A stretch of DNA of 64,000 nucleotides from Gnetum montanum (taxonomy: Eukaryota; Plantae; Gnetophyta), in assembly GCA_015680685.1 (NCBI GenBank), contig MNCI01000135.1, positions 269,424 through 333,423 on the forward strand, given 5' to 3'. The notes beneath the pieces are model-generated. The model was not told the origin of the DNA and did not search any database. It saw nothing but the letters and a program-made list of their open reading frames with translations. Positions 39,856 through 51,599 of the stretch are shown here, in pieces. A program made the translations under genes and the position numbers. The first letter of the stretch is position 1; every line of letters starts with the position of its first letter.

Positions 39856-42800
39856 CCTACAATTAAAATCCCCCTTTTATGCTTTGATTAGTAATCAAAG
39901 CTATATCACCTGGACATGACTAATTCCAATAGTCTTCCTCTGAAATCAGAGGCACATTCTACTACTATTTCATTAAATGGTCTTATGTGACAATAGTACC
40001 TATAACCATATGATGTGCTTGACCAAGTTTAATGACAAGCCTCCTCTTAGTGGGTTGCTCAATGACTGGTGTTGTCTCTTCAACAATAGGTCTCTTCAAC
40101 TTTGCTCTAGCTACTTCGTTAGCTTCAAGCATGTAACTCCTTGGCCTTCTAAACATTCTTGTAGGAAAATTGGGGCTCTCTTCCCATGTTGTTATGGGAA
40201 GCACAAGACACACCAATAAAACTCTAAGTGGTTATAGAAAGTGATTCCCAAATGTTCTCTAGTGGGTTTTGAGCCTGAATGGTTGGAAAAATATGTTTTA
40301 CCCAAGGCTTTGAAAGTTGGGATGGACCTTGGCTTACCAATTATCCTTCCTTTTGCACCATCAAGAGCTTTGCAAACCTTTTAAGAGATGCTACAAAGAA
40401 TGCATGGTGCATGACATATCATTACAAGGTTATCCTAGAGTTTCAAGATCTTCCCCCATAGCCTAGAAGCCAAATGAGTAGTCCAGTTAAATTGAGAATT
40501 CATCATGATGACCTTTTCCATGGTCCATGCCTACTCAATGCCTAGAATATTCTTTTGTGACAATAGGTTAGGAAAATCCTAGGAGTGGGACAATGGGTAC
40601 ATCTCCTTCACCTCCATAACCTAGTAGTTATCCAAGGATAATCCAAAGTGGTCTTGAAAAGTGTTTAGCTAGTTTTCACCTCCTCCTTATAGCCTACATC
40701 TTTCCTTGGCTTGGTGAAAATCTTCATCCCCTCACAATAGACACCAAAGAGGTTATTGAAGGTAGATTCATTAATGGCCAAGATGATAGGCATACCATGA
40801 ACCTAAATGATGAATTTTTTTTCTTCTTTGTTAAAGGAGTTAATATATTCATCATATTAGGGGTAGGGATAAGTGGAATAGGGGCCATGAACAAGTAAAG
40901 CAACGTTGAGTTGATGATCCTTGCTTGGACCTCCTTAGGCACTTGAATGACCAACTAGTCCTACACTACCTCCACATTGCCCAACTTGAGGATAAGTGTC
41001 TTCTTAGCATGTCCTAAAGCAATTACAGAAATGGTGGATCATGATGTAGCCCCTACAACATAACAAAAATGACCCATTAGCTTGGGCATAGGCACATCAC
41101 ACAATACCTAAAATAATAATATCATGATAAAAATGACAAACATTAAACATAGAAATTAGAAACAACACTCATAGTCACATTGTTAAAATAAATCAAAGCC
41201 AACATTGACTAAATAACTCTCATAGAAACAATCAAAGACAACATGACTAAATAACCATACAACTAGAAAACATTAAAATTGCAAAAAAATAAAAAAAAGA
41301 AAAAAAGAAAAAAATAAGCATTCTTACTTAACCTACTTGAAGAAAGTAGTATGAGGATCCTAAGGGTTATGTGTGTCTCTATGCCAAGATCTAATTTACC
41401 CCACCACACATGGATCATTCCATTAGCCACATACCTATGTTAAGCTTTTGAATAGCATGTGGTATACTTGGAAAAGTCACCTTTGAGTTGCTACACCACT
41501 ACAAGCCTCACTTTGGGGCTTTTGTAAAAGACTTTCAATGTTGTTTGGGCCAAGGAAAAGAGCTGGTCTCTTTTGATAAACCCTTTTTCATCAACCTTAT
41601 ATTTGCAAGCATACCAATTCAAGCAAAAAATCATTAAAACCAAGTAGCCTAATGAAACTAATAAGTAAATGAAAAAAAAAAAAGATAAACTTAAAATCAT
41701 GCTTATCCTTCCACATGGTAAATAGTACCAAGAAGATTCTGAAATAGTATGTTGACATGGTGGCCAACCAGTAATGTGTTGTTGACATTATACTAGATGA
41801 ACTTTGACATGTCCCAAATCTTTAATAGCTTATGAGTGACTATAGTATATATGCCATCAAGTATTTCACCTTTAGCATGTGTTTTAGGATTATCATAAAT
41901 GAATTTGATGATCAAGCTAGCAAATCAAGGCAACAGGGTTTCTATGATGACAACCACTATGTGAGATGTTAAGTATGACCATATCATCACACTAAAGTTT
42001 TGCAATAGAGAGGCTAGAAACTCCTTCACCCTTGGCTTGAACCATAGAGAGCAACATTCCAACACCATGTGGGTAGGAGGAATGTTGGGCCTTGGTGCAT
42101 GAATGCAACACAAGAGGCTAACTAGCTTGATCACCACCAAGCTTAGCTTTAAGAAGTCCCAGCACAACCCAAAAATGACAATCAAAACCTTGCATGACCA
42201 TAATTAAAATATAAAAGTCGTTAAAAATTAAAATAATTAAAATTACAACCATAATACCAATGTTTCAATATCAAACTAAATAGTAAAGTATACCACTTAC
42301 AATCCTTAAAGCTCAAAACAAGACCTAGCAAAAATTGGGAAAAAGTCCAAACAACATAAGAACACTGATGGTAACTTCATGGTGGAAAAATACATAAAAT
42401 TACAAAAAATTTATGTAAATGGTTTGAAACCATGAGAATTAGCCTATACCAATATTTATTGTACAACAATAACAACCATAAAGTTCCAACTTGAATTTGA
42501 CAAAGTTTCCACTAAAAATCCTACTTTACGGTGACATTAGCTATAGTGAAAACTCTAAGGAGGCTAGTTAAAAAATTTTGAAAAATTTAAGTGACTATTA
42601 AAAAATAAAATAAAACCTATAAATAACCATAGGATTTTTTAAAATTGCAAAAAAATTACCAAAAATAGGCCAACATTGCCCATACAAATTGAGGGGTTTG
42701 TAGTTACAATTGTCAAAACCACAAATGTATGGGGTAGTCAACATCAATCAAAAATGACAAATTTGCACTAGAAAAATATTTTCTAACTTTAAATACTATG

Positions 42801-45800
42801 AACACAAAAAATTCAACCAACATTAACATCAATGTTATATTATCAAATTGGGAAAAAAATTCATAAAACAACCTAGAAACATTTCAAAATTTCATGAAAA
42901 ATCCAAGATTATAGAAAACTAACTACAGTAAATCACTTTAAAAAATATAAAAAAATATTGAAAATATCTAAAACATATTTCAAACCCCCCACATAGCCTT
43001 ATTCATCCCTAGGAAGCTAAGATGTAAGTAGAAAAAGTTTTTCTAAGTGTCAATGCTACCCAATTTAAAGGGGGTAAAACAACAACAAAAAAAAAGGAAA
43101 AAAAAAACCTAAAACTCATTGGGCACTAACTTACAAAAAAAAAATCATAGAAAATCAACCATAAGTCAAAATTTAGTATTTTCATAGCTAGTTTAACTAG
43201 GAATATAAATAATCCATAACTCCAAAAACCAAAATTTCAAGTTGTTTTCTTATAAAAAATAAAAAGCTGTGGTTACTTTGACAATAAAAAAACAAAAACA
43301 AAAGACCACTATCCGCTGACTTGTGGAAAAATTTGTAGAAAATTGATTGTAAGTCAAAACTAGTGGTTCATCCACTATTTTAACTATTAAACAAGATCCA
43401 GCAATCTTATGGCCTCAAAAACTAAAAATTCCTAGCCATTTTCTTATGAAAAAATAGAAAAGAGGTGCTACTTTTTCATAGGAAACAACAAAAATTACAC
43501 AAAATAGGGCCAAAAAAATTTATAACCTAACATAAATCAATCTTAAAGCCAAATCAATGCTATAAGCATTCAATCAAGATCAAAATATAGTGTAGGAATT
43601 TTTCAAAAATAAAATTCCATGTAAGTAACAAGTCAAACCAACCCCCAATGCCTAGGTTCAAAGCAAAAATAAAATGGCTACAATGGTGTACTTGGGAGTC
43701 ATAGATGAAGACCCTTCCCCCAATATGGGTTGTGGAAGATGAGAGAGACCTTTGGTAGTAGTGTCTACCTCCTTTAGAGCTTGATTTTTGTTGATAGCTT
43801 CCCTTCTCTTTGACATTCTTAATTGATAGTGCAAAACCCTTCAATGCTATTCAATCTCCTTGTAACTATGCTCCTCCCTAGTGGGTTTTGGCCAAGAAAT
43901 GCTAGGGATGGGTGGGATTGAAGCTAGGATTAATGCCAAAGCTCTTGTGATATGCACTACTTCATAGAGGAGGGTGAAGAAAATTGATTGTGGTAAAATT
44001 GTAATGTGGGAATTGTCCCCAAACTTATGCATTTTCAACCTAAACACCTTGCTTCAAATGCCCATTCTACCTACATAGTAAACTACAAGTTCAAAGGGGG
44101 AAATTTTCAATCAAATTGGGATGATGACAATTTTGGAAACTAAACACCATTTGAACTTGGGTGGGCCTCACTAGGCACCTCCCAAGCATAACATCAAAAA
44201 TCCCAATACTGTGGGATTCACAACCCATACCGACATCTATGTTGGGGTTAAGCCTTCAAAAAGCCTCAAATATATTCCCAACTTTAATTATTTCCAAAAC
44301 ATACTTCCTAACCATCCATTCATAATACATTGAAGCCAAAAACCCCCTATTCTAGAATTGAAAATTGGAGGTTACAACGTTATGAAGAAATAAACATCAA
44401 GGAAAGTCAAACCCCCTAAAAAAATTTGCTATTTTGGGTAACCATGGTATCCAAGATCTTAACAACACTAGCCAACATTATTCCAAGGGAGATAGTACTT
44501 TCCAACATTAAACAAGCCTTAAAGCAACTCCAAACTGGTCACTTCCAATCCTAAACCCTAGTTGGAGCCTTTAGTAGCTCTAGAAACTTCTAATACCCAA
44601 GAAAAAGTGTAGCAAACCACTTGTATTGGATGAACCACATTGGAAGGCATCCCAACCAACCATGCTATCCAGTGTAGTCCTAGCATGGTTCATAGGGGTT
44701 TAAACATTAGATGCCATAAATAGCCTTTCAAGTTGCATTTTTTAACCTTCACATGTTTTCAAGGTTCAAAGTCATCCCATAATGTCAAGTAACTAGGAAA
44801 AATTAGGTAAATATCCATTCTAATCTTGCAACCATACTAAGAAGAACCCCAACCATGCTAGCCAACATGGCCCTAGTGTGGCTGGATGGGGTTTGACCAC
44901 CAAATACTAGAAATGACCTTCCAAATGATGCATCTTAGCCTTCAAGCCTTCTCGAAGCCTCTAGCAATCTTAGAACACTATATAATAGGCAAAAATAAGT
45001 CAAATTTCATCCCACCCATCCTCGTCACACTAGGAAAGCCCTCATCCATGTTGGCTAGCATGGTCACAATGTGGATGCTCTATGGAAAACCAAAAATAGA
45101 TCATAGATAAGCCAAATCAACATTCCAACCCACCCTCCTAATTCCAAAACCTTACCAAAGCATTCAAAGATCACCAAACCCTAGAAATTGAATGGAAAAT
45201 AGCCAAAGTTCACCATACTCCTCCTATCTACACTAGGACTATGCTAGCTAGTGTAGTCCAAGGGCAATTAATCACACCAAGGCTTAAACAACCTTCTAAA
45301 GTAGCAAGTCTAAGATTAAATCTTGGCCATATGCATTGATAACCCTAGTAACCCAAAAAACTTAGTTGATTCATCATAAAAACTCAATAAAAGATAAAAT
45401 TCAAATGCAACCATGCTAAGGGGGATGAGAGCCATGCTATCCTACATGCCTCTAGCATGGTTGAGATTCCAAACCAGTTTTGTTAGTACCACAACACTCC
45501 AAATCATCTAGAACTTGACTCAAGATGCCCATAATCTTGCCAGAGCCCATTGAAATCATGAAATCATGGAAATTAAGGAAAAAATAACAAAGATTTATCA
45601 TACCCCCTCATCCACATTGGGAATGTACTAGCCAGTGTAGTCCATGGGGTATGATTATATTAATACTCAAACAACCTTCAAACTTGACGATTTCAAGCCT
45701 AAACCTTGGCCATGAACATAAGTAGCCTTGGGAACTGAAACAATTGGTGAATTTATCATAGGAACTCATCAAAAACTAGGAATCAAGTGTAACTATGCTA

Positions 45801-47055
45801 GGGATGTGGCTCTAGTGTAGTTAGGATTCCAAAAAGATTTTACTAGCTTTGCTTCACTTTGAATGGCCTAACACCTAATTGGGAAAGCTTAGAGTCTTGA
45901 AACTTTGGAGCTTGCTACATCTTTGTCTTATTTTGACCTTCAAAAGTCTAAATCCTATCCATCCATAATGGGACCACCTTCAACTAAGTTGGATAGTGTA
46001 GCTATGGGCTACAAGGTCTCAAAACCCACTTTTGGTCACTTATTTTGATCTCCAAATGATTAATTCACAACCCTGATGCCTCTATGCTATCTTGTGAAGC
46101 CCATAGAATATAAATTTTAATCTTGGAGTGTCACAAATTTAGTTTTACCATGGAACCACACTAGGGCCACACTAGCTAGCTTAGTCCTAGTGTGGGTGGT
46201 AGTTTTGGATTACATTTGTAATCTTAGGAAGGTTAAATAAGCATCAAAATTAATTAATATTTATCCCTAGTCCATTGCACTACCAATACAGACTATCAAG
46301 ACTCGAAAATTAACTATGATGAACCCAAAATCCCACATGTTGACATTATCCATGCTAGGGCTTATCCCACCCATGTGGGCTAGCATGGATCTAGTGTGGG
46401 TCTAGCATGGATGCTAAAGGGAGCCTCATTTTTCCCTTAAAAAACCTTAAAATGATCTCTCCAAGTGCCCAAACTCTTCCATCAACCTTACAGCTTATCA
46501 CCATGGGTTGCTAAGGCTTTAAATTGGCAAAATCTAACCTTAATTGACCAATATTAACCATGTTTTATCCCATGCTTACCATCTTGATTGGTTTGGCCTT
46601 GTTTCATTATGTTTTTTCTTGATTCAACATAATTATACATCATTGACCTTTATTTCCCTATCATATTATGTCATTGAGCTTCTTTTTTGTCATTGTAGCC
46701 TCATTTGATTCTAATTTCACAAAATTATTTTATTCTTTGGCATAATTTAACCTTAATGAACTAGGTTTTGCATCAATTAACACTATTATACATCACTGTA
46801 ACCTTGTTTTACCATCTAGAATATCATTAAATGGAGTTTAACCATCATTTGGCCTTCATTTGACCTTATGTAGCCTTTATTTTATCATATTTGTTTTTAC
46901 CTATATCTTATAACTTTTGTTGGCCTTGTTTAAATGTTGTTAGACCATGAAATAATATGTTTTGGATTATCCTTGCTTTATTACTAAATTATTTTACATT
47001 ATTTACTCATTTTATCACACATGTGACACTTAATGTGCTTATGGTTGATATGCAG

Positions 47056-47603
47056 GATTGGAGTATGGAAACCTGGAGACAAATTAGTTTACCTTTAAGC
47101 CTAATTAGACCTCATGGTATTGTTGAGCAATTCATAAATATTAATCATTTAGATCTTGAGCCTAAGAGCCCTTTTGACTAGATAGCCTTGTTACAGAAAT
47201 CTCTTGAGTGGCATGAGAATCTACTTAAAACCCTTAACCTTAAGTTTGGCGACATTATGGAAGACTCTCTAGTTGAGGTTCTTGTTATGACACATAGTGG
47301 TGAGGAGAAAATACTAAAACTAAGTTTCTCACTAAAACCTTAACAATTTCAAGACATTACCAAGGTCCTCAAAGACAACATTATTATCTTTCCTTAATCA
47401 TATGAAGATATGCTAAGTCTTGACTCTTGCTTAGTACAACATAACATCATAATCAATACTAGTATTAAGCTTGGTAGTTCATTATAAAATCATGAAGCTA
47501 TACCAAGCCATTTTCATTAGAGCTATTGATTATGTAGAATGTATATCCAACATAGTGGTAGTACCTAAGAAAAATGGGAGTGTATGTATTTGTACTAATT
47601 TTC
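47056..47603 (+). pseudogene. pol: N-terminal RT fragment of C
   Basis: GDIMEDSLVEV, SYEDMLSLD..LVQHNI, ISNIVVVPKKNGSVCICTNF, then the D LTR. Confidence 0.9.
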
Positions 47604-49344
47604 TGTTGGCAACCATTTGAGATGCGATTGCCAACGAGTTGCATCAAATAGGATTTAGGTGCTTATTGGTCTTTGGTAACACCAAGGCCCAAATACCTCC
47701 AAATAGACTTAGTAGTTAAACGTGAGTATTTTTTTGCAATTGTTAATGTTGAAATAGTTGGGTTGTGTATAAAACTATAGTTAGCTATCATGAAAGAGAT
47801 TTAGCCAATTTTGTAAAATACTATGAATTATTGAAGATTCCTATTTTTTTTATCACTTAGGTTATATGGTCCTTATAATACCTACTTACAGCAAATAAAA
47901 TTTTGCAAAAATCATTTGAGCATAACTTTACCAATCTACTCCTAATTTCCCCCAAAGAGAGAAAGTTCCACAAGGAAACTAGAAATAGAGCAAGATTCAA
48001 TGGAACGAGAAGGAAAAGAAAATAGATTTGTGTAAAAATCTCAAATATTTGAGCAAGGTAAATTGATATGAGGAAACACTTCATAATAAAGTTATCCCTA
48101 ATTCAATATCTATGAATTGTTCAAACTTTATAGGCTCAAACAATTAATTTCTTAAAGATAATTCTACTATACTACCAAAAATTGTTGCATAAACTACCAC
48201 ATATGAGTTTCTATTTTGGCTAGATAATAGTTGTCAATGATTGCATACAATAGAGCTTTCAAAGATTTGATAATTTTTGATTGAAATAATAAGGAAATAT
48301 ACTTTAAAAATCAAAAAGCTATTTTAGTCCTATCAAAATACCAAAGATTTTTTTAAAACCCTATAGACTATTGAATTTCTCAACTAGCTTGTCTATAGTA
48401 GAAGCTCTCTTACAGTAATCCTAATAGTAGCCTTAAACATTACATAAACATAAAATTTTCTATTAAATTACTCTTCAGGATTTCCAACATGAGCTCTTCT
48501 ATGGCAAATATTAATAAGAGTATACTATCAGGCAACAAAGAACTATAAAAGTGATCCAAAAATCCCAAATTTAAATTCCAAGCATATACTACCTAAACCA
48601 CTAGCTATGGAACCTAAACAAAATAAGAAAGAATGAACTCATAGGATTAAACAAAGCAACCGAAATAATATCTTTAACAAGCCATCTTCCAAATAATTTT
48701 CCAAAATGTCTTCTTGATTCTTCCCTTTCAAAAAGCCCTTTACATTCTACCCTTGAAGCCTTTTTATAGTGGCTTTAAGGTAGTTAAAATTATTATCTAG
48801 GTTGGTTATAACCACTATACCAAAAAAATTATATACTTAACATATGTGTGATAGTTACAACCACCATGGAGACTAGGAAGTTATAGTTGACAAGTACTTG
48901 GTAGTTGACAAGTACTTGGTAGTTATAACTACAATGGTAGTCAATTGTAACTACTATAGAGAAAATAGTTATGGTGGCCAAATTCCCCATTTTTTCCTAA
49001 ATAATAGCTCTCTCTTTTTTTTGAAAAAAAAAATGCATAGAGCTAAACTAATTATATTAATGGTTACATTGTCAATTAAAAAAAAAATCTCTAGAGCATA
49101 AAATTTCATAAGGTAATGTCTCTTCATACAGGAAATGCATCACATTTACTAGAAAATCACAGATCCAAAGTTTTTTATTTTTCTTGGACTTAGTAATCAA
49201 TTTAAACAAAATGTTCAACTACCAAAATCCTCCCAGCCAACACTATACATGTCTCCACTACCACTATGTCATCCATCACATTCTCTACCACCCAAATGTA
49301 GGAAGACACATCTCTATTCTCTAGTAGATCATGTGTTAGCAACA
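47604..49344 (-). repeat. 3' LTR of D
   Basis: TGTTG...CAACA ends; homologous to 56692-58410; purine-rich PPT at ~49345-49365 on the minus strand. Confidence 0.93.
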
Positions 49345-50566
49345 TTGATGCCTCATTCCTACTTGATTTGGGAAAGACAAATGAAGGTAGTGCTCCTAAG
49401 ACTTTGGCCATAACTAACCACCCATGATAGTAGAAATTCAAACTACAACACCAATGGACACACTGAGGTCTCCAGAATATTATTGACAACTACTAAGGAG
49501 CACTTGCAGTTAGCAGTGAAGGTAGCCATTACAACATTAGCCTGATGTGCATGATGCTCTTGAAACCCTTGCCATTACTTTCAAATTCCAAGAAACCCTT
49601 ATGCTCAAACTTCGCGGTCATGAAACACAACTTCAAAAATAGCCACGATGGAAGAATAATGAAATCTAATCAGCCACTAGCATCATGGATGCCATGTAAC
49701 TACAGTAGAAGTCATAGTGGTCTTAAACTTAGTAGTCATTGGATGGTTATTATTGGTGAGGATAGAGATATTGTTGATGATGCATTTGCTACCACTGTGG
49801 ATCAAAACCCTACTGTTGTATTTAGTGATGTTTCCTTGTGGTGCTTTACATCCAGCTACTACCATGGATCAAAACCCTACCACTACCATTACTTGTAGTT
49901 CTAATATCAAGGGTAAATCTAGCATGTCTTGACTTGAATCCAATAGCCTATTTTTTTCTTTCTCAAATTATTTGCACACTTATGTGTTCATTTCTTGGTA
50001 ATTGGTACTTAGGTAATCTCCTATTCTACAAATTTTGGGGTTTTTATTCAACTTATTTAATCAACTATAAAATATTTTCTAGATTCAAATTTCTAGATCA
50101 AAATTTGCTATTTTTAGTTATGAATTACACACATAGTAGATCTACTATAGGAAACTTGAATAATATGAACAACAATTTTTATATTTGCTTCATTTGATTC
50201 TTGTTTTTCAACTTGGATTTTTCATTTTAATTCTAGCTAGGTGTTGCACATCCATTTCTTGCTTGATGCCATCAAGAATGGAATTTAGGACTGATTGTAT
50301 CTCTTTAAATTTTTCCAAAATTCAAACAAACCATATAATAAACAAAATCCCTTTTTATGCACGTTCCATCAAATTGTCAAATGTGACAACATTTCTTACC
50401 CCTTTTTTTTTTTGTTCTAATATCAGCTAAGAAATAATAATTTTATTAAACATTTACATGAAAAATAGAAAATCATTTTTGAGAAAAATTTTCATTAAAC
50501 TTAAGGTTTAATAAAATAAAAACCTAATAAAAATTTAAAGAACTATACATTGGGACTTTATACAAA

Positions 50567-51055
50567 CTATTCAATGGATGAGAAGTGAATAGTTAGAATA
50601 ACTTTCTTGAGAATCTTCTTGTCTTGAACCCTTTCATATACTATTTCAGTTAAAACAAATGCATTACCTTCATCTTTGCTTTCTTCAACTATTTTTTCTT
50701 CCTTTGCATCCATTTCCTTTACATTTTTCTCCTTTGCTGATTCTTGTGGCTTATCCCAATTAGATACTTCTATATCTTGGGATACAAACGCCTCTCCCCA
50801 AGAATCATCTTGGTTAGAATTTTCTTGATTTTCTACTTGATTGTTACATTCATGAAATCTTCCCCAAACATTGGCTTCTATAGAAAGTCCACCAGTAAGA
50901 AATATGAACTCATCAGAAAGCCAAAGTAGAAATGGACTTTCTCTTGATGCTCCACAAGCTTCTGCTTTGCAATAAGCTCTTAAGACATGTTTCAAGTAGC
51001 ATCCCATTACATATGGGATAAATGGTCTTCCCATTGCTCTCTCACCAAGAACCAT
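50567..51055 (-). CDS. Extra ORF (162 aa) downstream of INT in D, unknown function, acidic/Lys-rich C-terminal half
   Basis: Open ATG ORF in the sense orientation of D; TATAAATA on the minus strand ~51195. Confidence 0.55.
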   Translation of the reverse strand: MVLGERAMGRPFIPYVMGCYLKHVLRAYCKAEACGASRESPFLLWLSDEFIFLTGGLSIEANVWGRFHECNNQVENQENSNQDDSWGEAFVSQDIEVSNWDKPQESAKEKNVKEMDAKEEKIVEESKDEGNAFVLTEIVYERVQDKKILKKVILTIHFSSIE

Positions 51056-51599
51056 CCTTTCTCAAACTTACACTCTTGCTAGTTTTCTTTACTTGTACTT
51101 TGAATTGAAAATCTCCAACAATCTGTCTCTTCTTATAGTAGTAATCAAATTTAAAATTCCCACCAAATCTTACTAACCAACTTTTCCACCTTTATTTATA
51201 TTAATTACTTTCTAATAATTATACATAAACCAATTTAAATTTTATCATTCAGTTGGAATTACTTCCCACTAAATAATTAATTAACCACCACTTTCACTTA
51301 CTCATCTCAAGTAATGATTACTTTGGACAATATGAATTTAATAATTCAACTAATATTTTTAATTAAATATCTTTAAACTCATACTTAACATGAACAAATG
51401 TTAATTTTTATTTTATTTTATTTAAAATAATAATGGAACTTACTTAACCATACGAATAGAACATATATGTCATGATTAAACATAAAACTAATTTAATACA
51501 TGCTACTACCAAGTGCATACATAATAGTTCCTACATAAAAAATTTATTATTTATAATTATATATATTCAACCACCTTATACTTAAATATATTATTATAC

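Larger units (their letters stand above)
36030..43816 (-). pseudogene. Antisense multi-exon accessory gene of C (homologue of the gene in A)
   Basis: Exon 1 43816-43692 (MSKRREA...GEGSSSMTP); NIF exon 42159-41707; introns 37764-37634, 37450-37359, 37220-37055, 36237-36137 at positions equivalent to those in A. Confidence 0.8.
35164..47055 (+). other. Putative sense intron between PR and RT of C (enlarged by insertions)
   Basis: GTATGC at 35164 aligns with the A donor; ATATGCAG| at 47055 is followed by DWSMETW..IRPHG, which aligns with A EYDMVM..IRPHG. Confidence 0.72.
29465..47603 (+). mobile_element. Element C: A-family Tat element nested in B and truncated in RT by D
   Basis: LTR ~29465-30913 (start approximate), PBS 30921-30937, gag, PR, intron with antisense gene, RT N-terminus. 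Confidence 0.88.
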
